Shown: piece after piece, positions 15,514 to 24,699 of the stretch | How the letters are laid out: each line of letters starts with the position of its first letter | Position numbering within the stretch: position 1 is the stretch's first letter | Assembly: GCA_048621375.1 (NCBI GenBank) | Contig: JBMCWS010000001.1 | Span: 2,754 to 66,753, forward strand | Reading direction: 5' to 3' | Length of the DNA stretch: 64,000 bases | Source: Pseudomonadota bacterium | GTDB taxonomy: Bacteria; Pseudomonadota; Gammaproteobacteria; Pseudomonadales; Azotimanducaceae | Notes under the pieces: model-generated | Seen by the model: only the letters and a program-made list of their open reading frames with translations | The model's database searches: none | What the model was told of the DNA's origin: nothing | Position numbers and translations under genes: made by a program

Positions 15514-17830
15514 GGCGACGGGCCGGCCCGGCAAGCCCGGTCGCGGCGGCGGCGCGGGCGGCAAGGGTGCCTCTTCGACCTCCGAGCCCGCGGACTCCGC
15601 ACACCGCTCGCGGGCGAAGCGCAAGCCGCAGGTCCGCTCCGGCGGGCATTCCGAATCCTACTTCGTCACGCGGTTGGCCGAGCAGGCCCGGCACCCGTCG
15701 GTGTCCAACCCCGTGTCGATCGACGACCTGTGCGCCAAGCTCGGCACCTACCTAGCCCCCGGGCAGATCGCCCTGATCCGCGACGCCTACGAGTACGCCG
15801 CCGGCGCCCACGAAGGCCAGTGGCGGCGCACCGGGCATCCCTACATCACGCATCCGCTCGCCGTGGCCGACATCCTGGCCAACATGCGGATGGACCACGA
15901 GACCATCAGCGCCGCGCTGCTCCACGACGTCATCGAGGACACCGACATCGCCCGCGCCCAGCTCGGGGAGCGCTACGGCGAATCCGTGGCCCAGATCGTC
16001 GACGGGGTCTCCAAGCTGTCCACCATCTTCCGCTCCCGGGCGGAGGCCCAGGCTGAGAACTTCCAGAAGATGGCCCTGGCCATGGCCAAGGACATCCGGG
16101 TCATCGTGGTGAAACTGGCCGACCGCCTCCACAACATGCGCACCATCGGGGTCATGTCCGCCGCCCAGCGCAAGCGCATCGCCCGGGAGACCCTGGAATT
16201 CTACGCCCCCATCGCCAACCGCCTGGGGATCCACCACATCAAGGTGGAATTCGAGGAGCTCGGATTCCGGGCCCTGTACCCCCTTCGGGCGGACCGCATC
16301 GAGCGCGCGGTGAGGGCCGCGCGGGGCAATCGCAAGGCACTCATGGAAGAGCTGCGCAAATCCATCGCCAGCGCCCTCGCGCAGGAAGGCATCAACGCCG
16401 AGGTGCACGGGCGCGAGAAGCATCTCTATTCCATCTACCGGAAGATGAAGACCCAGCACAAATCATTCGCCGAGATCATGGACGTCTTCGGCTTCCGGGT
16501 GGTGGTGGATCAGGTGGACGACTGCTATCGGGCCCTGGGGGTGGTACACAACCTCTACAAACCGGTGGCCAACCGCTTCAAGGACTATATCGCCATCCCC
16601 AAGGTGAACGGCTATCAGTCCCTGCACACCACCCTGTTCGGTATGCACGGCGTGCCCATCGAGGTCCAGATCCGCACGCCGCACATGGAGGCCGTGGCGG
16701 AGAACGGCATCGCCGGGCACTGGCTGTACAAGTCCGCGGAGGAGGAATTCCACAGCAGCCAGCAGCGGGCGCGGCAGTGGGTGCGTGATCTGCTGGATCT
16801 GCAGCAGAAGGCCGGGAACCCGCTCGAGTTCATCGAGAGCCTCAAGATCGACCTGTTTCCGGACGAGGTCTACGTCTTCACCCCCAAGGGTCACATCATG
16901 GAGCTGCCCCGGGGGGCTTGTGCCGTGGATTTCGCCTACGCCGTGCACACCGACGTGGGCAATCACTGCGTCGCCTGCCGGATCGATCGCAACCTCGCGC
17001 CGCTGTCGCAGCAGCTCCAGAGCGGCCAGAGCGTGGAGATCATCACCGCGCCGGAAGCGCGGCCCAACCCGGATTGGCTGACGTTCGTGGTCTCGAGCAA
17101 GGCGCGTACCGGCATCCGCCAGGCGCTCAAGGTGCAGCAGGCCGCCGATTCCATCGCGTTCGGGCGGCGGCTGCTCAACCGCTCGCTCGCCAGCGCCGAC
17201 AAGAGCATCCGCGACCTGGATTTCCGCCGCCTGCGGCGGGTGTTCAAGGAGTTCGGGGTGCGCAAGCTCGACGAGCTGCTCGCCGCCATCGGCAACGGCG
17301 AGCTCATGGCCTACGTGGTGGCCCAGCAGCTTCTCGCCGCCGGGGATCCGAGCACCCCCGGCATCACCGTGGAGAGCGGCGGGCCGGTGGCCATCCGCGG
17401 CGGCGAGGGGCTGGTGATCAACTACGGCCGCTGCTGCGGCCCCATTCCCGGCGACGCCATCGTCGGTCACATTACCCCCGGCCGCGGGTTCGTGGTGCAC
17501 GTGGAAACGTGCCCCAACATGGTGGAGATCCGCCGCAAGCGGGGCGGCCGGGACATCATCCCGGCCCACTGGGCTGCCACCACCAGAGCCGAGTTCCTCA
17601 CCTTTCTGCGCGTGGACGTACGTCGCCGCAAGGGCATCATTGCCACCATCGCCGCGGCAGTGGCCGAAGCCGACGCCGGTATGGAAGCGATCAACGTCGA
17701 GGAGCGCAACGCCGAGGTCACGAGCATCAGCCTCGACGTGTCGGTGCGCGACCGCACCCATCTCGCCCGGGTGATGCGGCGGCTGCGGGCTACCGGCGAT
17801 ATCATCAGCATCAGCCGCATCAATTCATAG
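15491..17830 (+). CDS. spoT: Bifunctional (p)ppGpp synthetase/hydrolase SpoT/RelA-family
   Basis: HD hydrolase domain ([21 protein letters not shown]), synthetase domain ([20 protein letters not shown]), and TGS and ACT regions. The start is uncertain: ATG 15491 gives a ~70-aa basic Gly-rich extension; alternatives are GTG 15701 and 15713. Confidence 0.9.
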   Translation: MTKPATSKATGRPGKPGRGGGAGGKGASSTSEPADSAHRSRAKRKPQVRSGGHSESYFVTRLAEQARHPSVSNPVSIDDLCAKLGTYLAPGQIALIRDAYEYAAGAHEGQWRRTGHPYITHPLAVADILANMRMDHETISAALLHDVIEDTDIARAQLGERYGESVAQIVDGVSKLSTIFRSRAEAQAENFQKMALAMAKDIRVIVVKLADRLHNMRTIGVMSAAQRKRIARETLEFYAPIANRLGIHHIKVEFEELGFRALYPLRADRIERAVRAARGNRKALMEELRKSIASALAQEGINAEVHGREKHLYSIYRKMKTQHKSFAEIMDVFGFRVVVDQVDDCYRALGVVHNLYKPVANRFKDYIAIPKVNGYQSLHTTLFGMHGVPIEVQIRTPHMEAVAENGIAGHWLYKSAEEEFHSSQQRARQWVRDLLDLQQKAGNPLEFIESLKIDLFPDEVYVFTPKGHIMELPRGACAVDFAYAVHTDVGNHCVACRIDRNLAPLSQQLQSGQSVEIITAPEARPNPDWLTFVVSSKARTGIRQALKVQQAADSIAFGRRLLNRSLASADKSIRDLDFRRLRRVFKEFGVRKLDELLAAIGNGELMAYVVAQQLLAAGDPSTPGITVESGGPVAIRGGEGLVINYGRCCGPIPGDAIVGHITPGRGFVVHVETCPNMVEIRRKRGGRDIIPAHWAATTRAEFLTFLRVDVRRRKGIIATIAAAVAEADAGMEAINVEERNAEVTSISLDVSVRDRTHLARVMRRLRATGDIISISRINS

Positions 17831-17851
17831 ACCAACCAGCAGGTCCGCGCC

Positions 17852-18244
17852 ATGAACCAGAGCCGTTTCCAGCCCGTGCACAGCGACCAGGCACCCGCCG
17901 CCATCGGCCCCTACTCCCAAGGCGTCCGGGTGGGGAACCTGGTGTTTCTGTCGGGCCAGATTCCCCTGGATCCCGCCACCATGGAACTGGTCTCCGGCGA
18001 CGTCGCGGATCACACCCGGCAGGTGTTCGCCAACCTGCGCGCCGTGGCGGAGGCCGCGGGGGGGTCGCTGTCCGACATCGTCAAGCTCACCATCTATCTC
18101 ACCGACCTCGGCAATTTTCAGCTCGTCAACGACATCATGAGCGAGCATTTCCGGGAGCCTTACCCGGCCCGAGCCGCACTGGGCGTCGCCGCGCTGCCGC
18201 GGGGTGCGGCGGTCGAGGTGGAGGCCGTGATGGCGCGCGAGTGA
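17852..18244 (+). CDS. ridA: RidA/YjgF-family reactive-intermediate deaminase
   Basis: APAAIGPYSQGV, LSGQIPLDP, PARAALGVAALPRGAAVEVEAV. 130 aa. Confidence 0.9.
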   Translation: MNQSRFQPVHSDQAPAAIGPYSQGVRVGNLVFLSGQIPLDPATMELVSGDVADHTRQVFANLRAVAEAAGGSLSDIVKLTIYLTDLGNFQLVNDIMSEHFREPYPARAALGVAALPRGAAVEVEAVMARE

Positions 18245-18257
18245 CCACGCCGGCGCG

Positions 18258-20285
18258 ATGACCTCCGACAACGGCGTGAGCGATCCCCGCGACCGCGGTC
18301 TGGAGACGCTCAAAGGCGTCGGTCCCGGGCTGCGGGAAAAGCTGGAGCGTCTCGGGCTGTTCCGCCTCGGCGATCTTCTCGCCCACCTGCCGATCCGCTA
18401 TCAGGACCGCAGCCGGCTCGTGCCCCTGAACGCGCTGCGGGCCGAGCAGGAGTGCCTGGTGGAAGGCGAGGTGCTGGCAGCCCGGGTGCAGCACGGGCGA
18501 CGCCGGACCTGGCTCATTACCCTCGGTGACGGCTCGGGGGTTCTGGGACTGCGGTTCTTTCACTTCTCCGAGCGCCAGCGCAAAGGGGTCAGGCCCGGCA
18601 TGCGGCTGCGGGCTTTCGGTACCATCCGCGTCGCACCCGGCGGCCTCGAGATGGCGCATCCCGAGTATCGCGTCTTCGACGGCCCGCCACCCCCGCTCGA
18701 GGCCGGCCTCACACCCGTTTACCGCACCACCCGGGGGCTCGGCCAGAACCGCCTGCGCTCCCTCGTGGATCAACTCGCCGCGCTGCCCTGGCCCGAAGGC
18801 CCCGGCACGCCGTACCAGCTGTTTCTGTACCTGCACCGGCCGCCGGCCGACGCCACCGCAGAGGATCTCGCCGCCGCCCGGGAGCGCCTCGCCGCCGACG
18901 AGCTCACCACCTACTACCTGGTGATGCGTCACCGCCAGCGGGACCGCAGCCGCCAGAGGGCCCGGACACTGCCCCGGGGGCGGCAGCTCGGGCGCCGCCT
19001 GCTCGAGCTACTGGGATTCGAGCTGACCGCCGCGCAACGGCGGGTGATCCGGGAAGTGCTCGAGGATCTCGAGGGCGAGGCGCCCATGCTGCGCCTGGTG
19101 CAGGGGGACGTGGGATCCGGCAAAACGGTGGTGGCCGCCTTCGCCGCCATTCGCGCCGCCGAGCAGGGGGCACAAACGGCGCTGATGGCGCCCACCGAGA
19201 TTCTCGCGGAGCAGCACTACCTGAATTTCTCCGCCTGGCTCGAGCCCCTGGGCATCGAGGTGGTGCTGCTCACCGGGCGCCAGAGCGCCGCCGAGCGGCG
19301 TCGCGTCGAGGCGCGCATCGCCCGGGGGGATGCCCTGGTGGCGGTAGGAACCCACGCCCTGTTCCAGACGGGGGTGGCATTCGCCGACCTGGCACTGGCG
19401 ATCATCGACGAGCAGCACCGCTTCGGCGTGCACCAGCGGATGGCGTTGCGCAACAAAGGCGTGACGCCCCATCAGCTGGTGATGACCGCCACGCCGATCC
19501 CGCGGACCCTGACCATGACCCTGTACGCTGACATGGCTGTATCCGTGATCGACGAGCTGCCCCGCGGCCGCCAGCCCATCGACACCCGCGCGGTGGCCGA
19601 TACCCGGCGCGACGAGGTGGTGGAGAGCGTGCGCGAGGTCCTCGCCCGCGGCGGTCAGGCCTACTGGGTCTGCCCGCTCATCGAGGCATCCGACGCACTG
19701 GACCTGGCGGACGCCGAAACCACCGCCGATGCGCTCGCCCGGGCACTGCCGGAGCATCGGGTGGCACTGCTGCACGGGCGCCTCACCGGCGCCGAGAAAG
19801 GCGCGATCATGGCGGACTTCTCCGAGGGCAGTGTGGCGGTGCTGGTGGCCACCACGGTGATCGAGGTGGGCGTGGACGTGCCCAACGCCTCGCTGATGGT
19901 GATCGAGAATCCCGAGCGCCTGGGCCTCGCCCAGCTTCATCAGCTGCGCGGTCGGGTCGGACGGGGTAGTGAGCGCTCACACTGCGTGTTGCTCTACAAG
20001 GCCCCGCTGAGCGAGACGGCGCGCGCCCGCCTGCAGGCCATCCGTGGCAGTCAGGACGGCTTCCACATCGCCGAGCAGGATCTGTCGCTGCGCGGTCCGG
20101 GCGAACTGCTGGGCACGCGCCAGACCGGGGAGCAGAACTTCCGCGTCGCCGACCTAGCGCGTCACGCGCACCTCATGTCGGAGGTGGTGGCGCGCGGCGA
20201 CCGGCTGCTGACCACGGCGCCGGCGGAAGCTCGCGCGCTGCTCCACGCCTGGGCGCCTGCAGACACCGGTCACATTTCCGTATAG
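18258..20285 (+). CDS. recG: ATP-dependent DNA helicase RecG
   Basis: Wedge domain, Walker A GDVGSGKTVVA, DEQHRFG, QLHQLRGRVGRG. 675 aa. Confidence 0.96.
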   Translation: MTSDNGVSDPRDRGLETLKGVGPGLREKLERLGLFRLGDLLAHLPIRYQDRSRLVPLNALRAEQECLVEGEVLAARVQHGRRRTWLITLGDGSGVLGLRFFHFSERQRKGVRPGMRLRAFGTIRVAPGGLEMAHPEYRVFDGPPPPLEAGLTPVYRTTRGLGQNRLRSLVDQLAALPWPEGPGTPYQLFLYLHRPPADATAEDLAAARERLAADELTTYYLVMRHRQRDRSRQRARTLPRGRQLGRRLLELLGFELTAAQRRVIREVLEDLEGEAPMLRLVQGDVGSGKTVVAAFAAIRAAEQGAQTALMAPTEILAEQHYLNFSAWLEPLGIEVVLLTGRQSAAERRRVEARIARGDALVAVGTHALFQTGVAFADLALAIIDEQHRFGVHQRMALRNKGVTPHQLVMTATPIPRTLTMTLYADMAVSVIDELPRGRQPIDTRAVADTRRDEVVESVREVLARGGQAYWVCPLIEASDALDLADAETTADALARALPEHRVALLHGRLTGAEKGAIMADFSEGSVAVLVATTVIEVGVDVPNASLMVIENPERLGLAQLHQLRGRVGRGSERSHCVLLYKAPLSETARARLQAIRGSQDGFHIAEQDLSLRGPGELLGTRQTGEQNFRVADLARHAHLMSEVVARGDRLLTTAPAEARALLHAWAPADTGHISV

Positions 20286-20358
20286 CCGCGCCGTTTGCGC
20301 CCCCGCGGCCCGAGCGCGTTCCTATACTGGAACCAGAACTCCGGAACGTTTGATCGAC

Positions 20359-21684
20359 ATGGCCGCCTTCGATTCCCTCGACACCCGGCCGCGGACACCG
20401 CCGCTGCGGCCCTTTCCGAACCCGCCCGAAAACGCCCGGGTCAGGGCGCTGCTCATGGGCGACGCCCACGGCGAGCTGCAGGTGCTCGCCCCGGAGCGGG
20501 CGCTGGTGGATGTGACCGCCCTGAACGCGGCCCTGGGACGGCAACTGCGGGTCCGGCCCCACCAGGCGGACGAGGCCCGATCGGCGGTTCCCGGATACTA
20601 CGGCGTGCCGACGGTGGTGGAGGAGAGCCTGCTGGAACGTCGCGAGCTGGCCCTCGCCACCACCGAGCCCGGCAGCTTCCTGCGCACCCGCGGGCGCGCC
20701 TTGCCGACCGGGGCAGTCGGCGCCACGGGAGTGCAGCGGGCCCGATTCGCCCGGGACGTTGCCGGCGACCCCACGCCGGCAGCACGCGATGGCGACCGGG
20801 CGGCGATCCACGCATCGCTGTCACGGTTCACGGTTCTGCGGCTGCAACAGCGTCTCGACGAGACCCTGCACATTCCGCCCCTGCCCGAGATGGCCCGGCG
20901 CATCATCGCCCTGCAGTCCGACCCCTCATTCCCCTTGCGCGATCTGGTAGAGATCGTGGAAACGGACCCCAGCGTCGCCGCCCGCGTCATGGGCTGGGCC
21001 AATTCGGCGTTCTACAACCCCGATCCGCCGGCGCGCTCCATCCACGAGGCGGTGGTGCGGGTGCTCGGCCTCGACACCGTGATGAGCATGGCGCTCGGGA
21101 TGGCGCTGGGGCAGGCCCTGCGCCTGCCGGAAGCCCGGACCCGGGGCATGCCCGCGTTCTGGCTCGAAGCGGTCACCACCGCTGCGGCCATGGAGGCGCT
21201 CGCCCGGCGCATGCCGCATCGGCCGTCCGCCGGCACCAGCTACGTGGCGGGATTGCTCGCGAACTTCGGGACGCTGGTGCTGGGCCACGTGTTTCCGCCG
21301 CAATACGCCACGATCTGTCTCCTCCAGGAGGCGAACCGGCATCTGCCCCATACTCACGTGGACCATCACGTGCTCGCACTGCCCCGGGAAGTGCTGGCCG
21401 CCGCGCTGCTCGAGTGCTGGTCGCTGCCGGCGGAGGTAACCGACGCCGTGCGGTTCCAGTACCGGCCGGACCATCGCGGCCCCAGCACGAGCTACGTGGC
21501 GCTGCTGCGGGTCAGCCGCAAGCTGCTCGGTACCCAGGGACTCACCGACCATCCGCCACAGCCACCGGAGCCCGCGGAGCTCGCGGCACTCGGGCTGGAG
21601 CAGGAAGATCTGCAGCAGGTTCTGGGGTTGCTCCACGACTGCGCCGATCAGCTCGACCGGCTCGCCGGTTCCCTGGGATCCTGA
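20359..21684 (+). CDS. YbaK-like / HDOD two-domain protein (SadB-like)
   Basis: ATG 20359 (the ORF-track start is TTG 20350). The C-terminal HDOD-type region is PPLPEMARRIIALQSDPSFPLRDLVEIVETDPSVAARVMGWANSAFY...GLLANFGTLVLGHVFP. The N-terminal ~150 aa resembles an aminoacyl-tRNA-deacylase-like fold. Located directly after recG. Confidence 0.7.
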   Translation: MAAFDSLDTRPRTPPLRPFPNPPENARVRALLMGDAHGELQVLAPERALVDVTALNAALGRQLRVRPHQADEARSAVPGYYGVPTVVEESLLERRELALATTEPGSFLRTRGRALPTGAVGATGVQRARFARDVAGDPTPAARDGDRAAIHASLSRFTVLRLQQRLDETLHIPPLPEMARRIIALQSDPSFPLRDLVEIVETDPSVAARVMGWANSAFYNPDPPARSIHEAVVRVLGLDTVMSMALGMALGQALRLPEARTRGMPAFWLEAVTTAAAMEALARRMPHRPSAGTSYVAGLLANFGTLVLGHVFPPQYATICLLQEANRHLPHTHVDHHVLALPREVLAAALLECWSLPAEVTDAVRFQYRPDHRGPSTSYVALLRVSRKLLGTQGLTDHPPQPPEPAELAALGLEQEDLQQVLGLLHDCADQLDRLAGSLGS

Positions 21685-21699
21685 CGCCCGCGCCGGGGC

Positions 21700-22989
21700 T
21701 CAGGCCGCTCGCGCCGTGTGGGGCCCGTTCCCCAGGTACCCCGCGTCGGGATCGTCGAACACGGCCTGGTCGAGATCGTCTTCGCTTCTCGCCACCACGG
21801 CCGCCACGGTGCCGTCGCCGACGATGTTCACGGCGGTGCGCAGCATGTCCAGCAGCCGGTCGACACCGATGATGAGCATGATGCCTTCCACCGGCAGCCC
21901 CACCTGGGTCAGCACCATGGTCAGCATGATGAGTCCCACCCCCGGAACCCCGGCGGTGCCGATCGAGGCCATGGTGGCCGTGAGGATCACCATCAGATAG
22001 TCGCCGACGCCGAGCCCAATCTGGTAGAACTGCGAGATGAACACTGTGGCCACCCCCTGCATGATGGCGGTGCCGTCCATGTTGATGGTGGCCCCGAGGG
22101 GGACCGTGAACGACGCCACCTCGTTTCTGACCCCCACACGGTGCTCCACGGTGCGCAAGGTGACGGGCAGGGTGGCGCCGCTCGAAGCGGTGGAGAAGCC
22201 CACCAGCATGGGTTCGCGCATCTTCCGCAGGAACGTCGCCGGGTTCACCCGCGCCAGCACCGTCAACAGCGCGGGATACACCACGATCACGTGGATCAGC
22301 AGCGCGCCGATCACGGTGAAGAAGTACGCGCCGAGCCGGTAGATCTCGTCGAAGCCTTCGGTGGCGAAGAGCTGAGCCATCAGGCAGAACACGCCGATGG
22401 GGGCGAGCTTGATCAGTATGGTAATGAGGCGCATGAGCACCTCATTGGCGTCATCGAACACGCCCAGGAGCCGCTGACCGGGGGTGCCGGCCTGACTCAT
22501 CGCTACGCCGAAAAGCAGCGCGAAGACGATGATCTGGAGCATGTTCCCCTCCGCCATGGCGGCGATTGGGTTGGTGGGGAAGATGTTGACCAGGGTGTCC
22601 TTGACGCTGCTGGCTTCGCCCGGCTCGAAGCTGACGTCCCGTTCCGGCGAGCCGGCGCCGACGCCCGGATCCACCACCAGCGCCAGCAACAGCGCGATGG
22701 TGATCGCCATCGCCGTGGTGAACAGATACAAGCCGATGGTCTTGGCCGCGACCCGGCCCATGTGCCCGGTGCTGCCCAGGCTCGCGGCGCCGCAGACCAG
22801 GGAAACCAGCACCAGCGGCACCACCATGAGCTGCAGGCTGCGGATGAAGATCTCGCCGCCGGCGTCGATGAAACCCTCGATGCCGACGGTATAGATCCAG
22901 TGTTCGGGGTCGATACCGATCTGCCGGATCGCCACCCCCAGCAACAGCCCGGCGAACATGCCGATGAGGATGCGAACGGTCAGATTCAT
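21700..22989 (-). CDS. Dicarboxylate/amino acid:cation symporter (DAACS family)
   Basis: Multi-TM protein with the family motifs FSTASSGATLPVTL and GATINMDGTA. 429 aa. Confidence 0.9.
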   Translation of the reverse strand: MNLTVRILIGMFAGLLLGVAIRQIGIDPEHWIYTVGIEGFIDAGGEIFIRSLQLMVVPLVLVSLVCGAASLGSTGHMGRVAAKTIGLYLFTTAMAITIALLLALVVDPGVGAGSPERDVSFEPGEASSVKDTLVNIFPTNPIAAMAEGNMLQIIVFALLFGVAMSQAGTPGQRLLGVFDDANEVLMRLITILIKLAPIGVFCLMAQLFATEGFDEIYRLGAYFFTVIGALLIHVIVVYPALLTVLARVNPATFLRKMREPMLVGFSTASSGATLPVTLRTVEHRVGVRNEVASFTVPLGATINMDGTAIMQGVATVFISQFYQIGLGVGDYLMVILTATMASIGTAGVPGVGLIMLTMVLTQVGLPVEGIMLIIGVDRLLDMLRTAVNIVGDGTVAAVVARSEDDLDQAVFDDPDAGYLGNGPHTARAA

Positions 22990-23029
22990 GCCAGGGGCCC
23001 CCCTCCCGCCAGGCGTCGCCGATGCGCGA

Positions 23030-23197
23030 TCAGCCGATCTCGATCATCTCGAAGTCTTCTTTCCCGACCCCGCATTCCGGACAAACGAAATCCTCCGGCA
23101 CGTCCTCCCAGCGGGTCCCCGGGGCGATCCCCTCTTCCTCGTAGCCCTCGGCCTCGTCATAGATCCAGCCGCACACGATGCACTGCCACTTCCGCAT
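23030..23197 (-). CDS. Rubredoxin
   Basis: The C-terminal 55 codons of ORF 23030..24064, from ATG 23197: MRKWQCIVCGWIYDEAEGYEEEGIAPGTRWEDVPEDFVCPECGVGKEDFEMIEIG. Both CxxC knuckles are present. Confidence 0.92.
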   Translation of the reverse strand: MRKWQCIVCGWIYDEAEGYEEEGIAPGTRWEDVPEDFVCPECGVGKEDFEMIEIG

Positions 23198-23290
23198 TCG
23201 TTCCGCCCCGCAGGGTGTGGTTAGAAAGCGCGATAACGTACGTGCCGCGCCGGAAAACGTCAAACCAGCGCGCCGGCGGCGGCGCAGCCG

Positions 23291-24208
23291 GTGACAGATG
23301 GTACACTGCGCGGCGCTATGCATCCGCGCCTCGACAGCTACATCCGCCTCGCCCGGCTCGACCGTCCGGTGGGCACCTTGCTGCTGCTCTGGCCGACCCT
23401 GGCGGCATTGTGGCTGGCTGCGGAGGGGACGCCACCGTGGCATCTGGTGGTGATCTTCACGGTGGGCACGTTCGCCATGCGCTCGGCGGGCTGCGTCATC
23501 AACGACTACGCCGACCGGGGCTGGGATCGCTTCGTCGAACGCACCCGCCAGCGCCCGCTGACCACCGGTGCGGTGAGCGAGCGGGAGGCGCTGGGTCTGT
23601 TCGCCGGCTTGACGGCAGTGGCCGCGGTGCTGCTGGTGTTCCTCAATCCCCTGACCCGCGCCCTGGCGGTGGCGGCGCTCGGCATCGCCGTGCTGTACCC
23701 ATTCACCAAACGCTGGACGCACTTGCCCCAGGTGGTGCTTGGCGCCGCCTTCAGCTGGGCGATCGTCATGGCCTTTGCGAGCGTGCGCAACGAAGTGCCC
23801 GTTGCAGCCTGGCTGCTGTTCGTGGGCAGCCTGCTGTGGATCGTCGCCTACGACACCCTCTACGCCATGGTGGACCGGGACGATGATCTCCAGGTGGGGA
23901 TCAAATCCACCGCGATCCTCTTCGACACCGCCGACCGGTTCATGGTCGCCCTGCTGCAGGCCAGCGCCCTGTTCGTCTGGTATCTGCTGGGTGCCCGGCT
24001 CGAGCTGGGGCTTTTCTACCACCTCGGTCTGACCGTGGCGCTGGGGCTGTTCATCCATCAGCAATATCTCATCCGCGATCGCACCCGGGAAGGCTGCTTC
24101 AGGGCCTTTCTCGACAACGTGCGGGTGGGCTTCGCCTTCTTCGCCGGCGTGGTTCTCGAGACCACCCTGGGCTCGGGACCGTCCCCGGGCGCCCCGGGGC
24201 TCGCGTGA
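23291..24208 (+). CDS. ubiA: 4-hydroxybenzoate polyprenyltransferase UbiA
   Basis: RLDRPVGTLLLLWPTL, Asp-rich motifs NDYADRGWD and YAMVDRDDD. Start is GTG 23291 or ATG 23318. The stop overlaps the next gene's start (GTGA). Confidence 0.9.
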   Translation: MTDGTLRGAMHPRLDSYIRLARLDRPVGTLLLLWPTLAALWLAAEGTPPWHLVVIFTVGTFAMRSAGCVINDYADRGWDRFVERTRQRPLTTGAVSEREALGLFAGLTAVAAVLLVFLNPLTRALAVAALGIAVLYPFTKRWTHLPQVVLGAAFSWAIVMAFASVRNEVPVAAWLLFVGSLLWIVAYDTLYAMVDRDDDLQVGIKSTAILFDTADRFMVALLQASALFVWYLLGARLELGLFYHLGLTVALGLFIHQQYLIRDRTREGCFRAFLDNVRVGFAFFAGVVLETTLGSGPSPGAPGLA

Positions 24209-24699
24209 TCGCGCTCCTCGACCAGGTGACCGACCGGATCGGCCGCGCCGTCGCGTGGCTCATGCTCGTGATGGTGGCGGTGACCGTGGTGGTGGTGGTC
24301 CTGCGTTACGCGCTGGACGAAGGCGCCGTGGTGCTTCAGGAGTCCGTCATGTACATGCACGGACTGGCGTTCCTGCTGGGAATTCCCTTCGCGCTCAAGG
24401 AAGACGCGCACGTGCGGGTGGACCTGGTCTATGCCCGCCTCGGCACGCGCGGCCGGGCGTGGGTGGACCTGGTGGGCCATGTGCTGTTCCTGGTGCCGGT
24501 CTCGGTCGCCATCGCGGTCTACAGCTACGGCTACGCCGCCAACGCCTGGCGCATCATGGAAGGTTCCCCGGAAGTGGGCGGGATTCCGGGGATCTTTCTG
24601 TTGAAGACGCTGCTTCCGCTGATGGCGGTGCTGCTGCTGCTCCAGGGCGTCGCCGGAATCGCCCGCTGTATCGCGATCCTCAGGGCTCCGCGTGGCTGA
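24205..24699 (+). CDS. TRAP transporter small permease (Q subunit)
   Basis: 164 aa with 4 predicted TM helices. GTG 24205 overlaps the ubiA TGA. Immediately followed, with overlap, by the large permease. Confidence 0.85.
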   Translation: MIALLDQVTDRIGRAVAWLMLVMVAVTVVVVVLRYALDEGAVVLQESVMYMHGLAFLLGIPFALKEDAHVRVDLVYARLGTRGRAWVDLVGHVLFLVPVSVAIAVYSYGYAANAWRIMEGSPEVGGIPGIFLLKTLLPLMAVLLLLQGVAGIARCIAILRAPRG

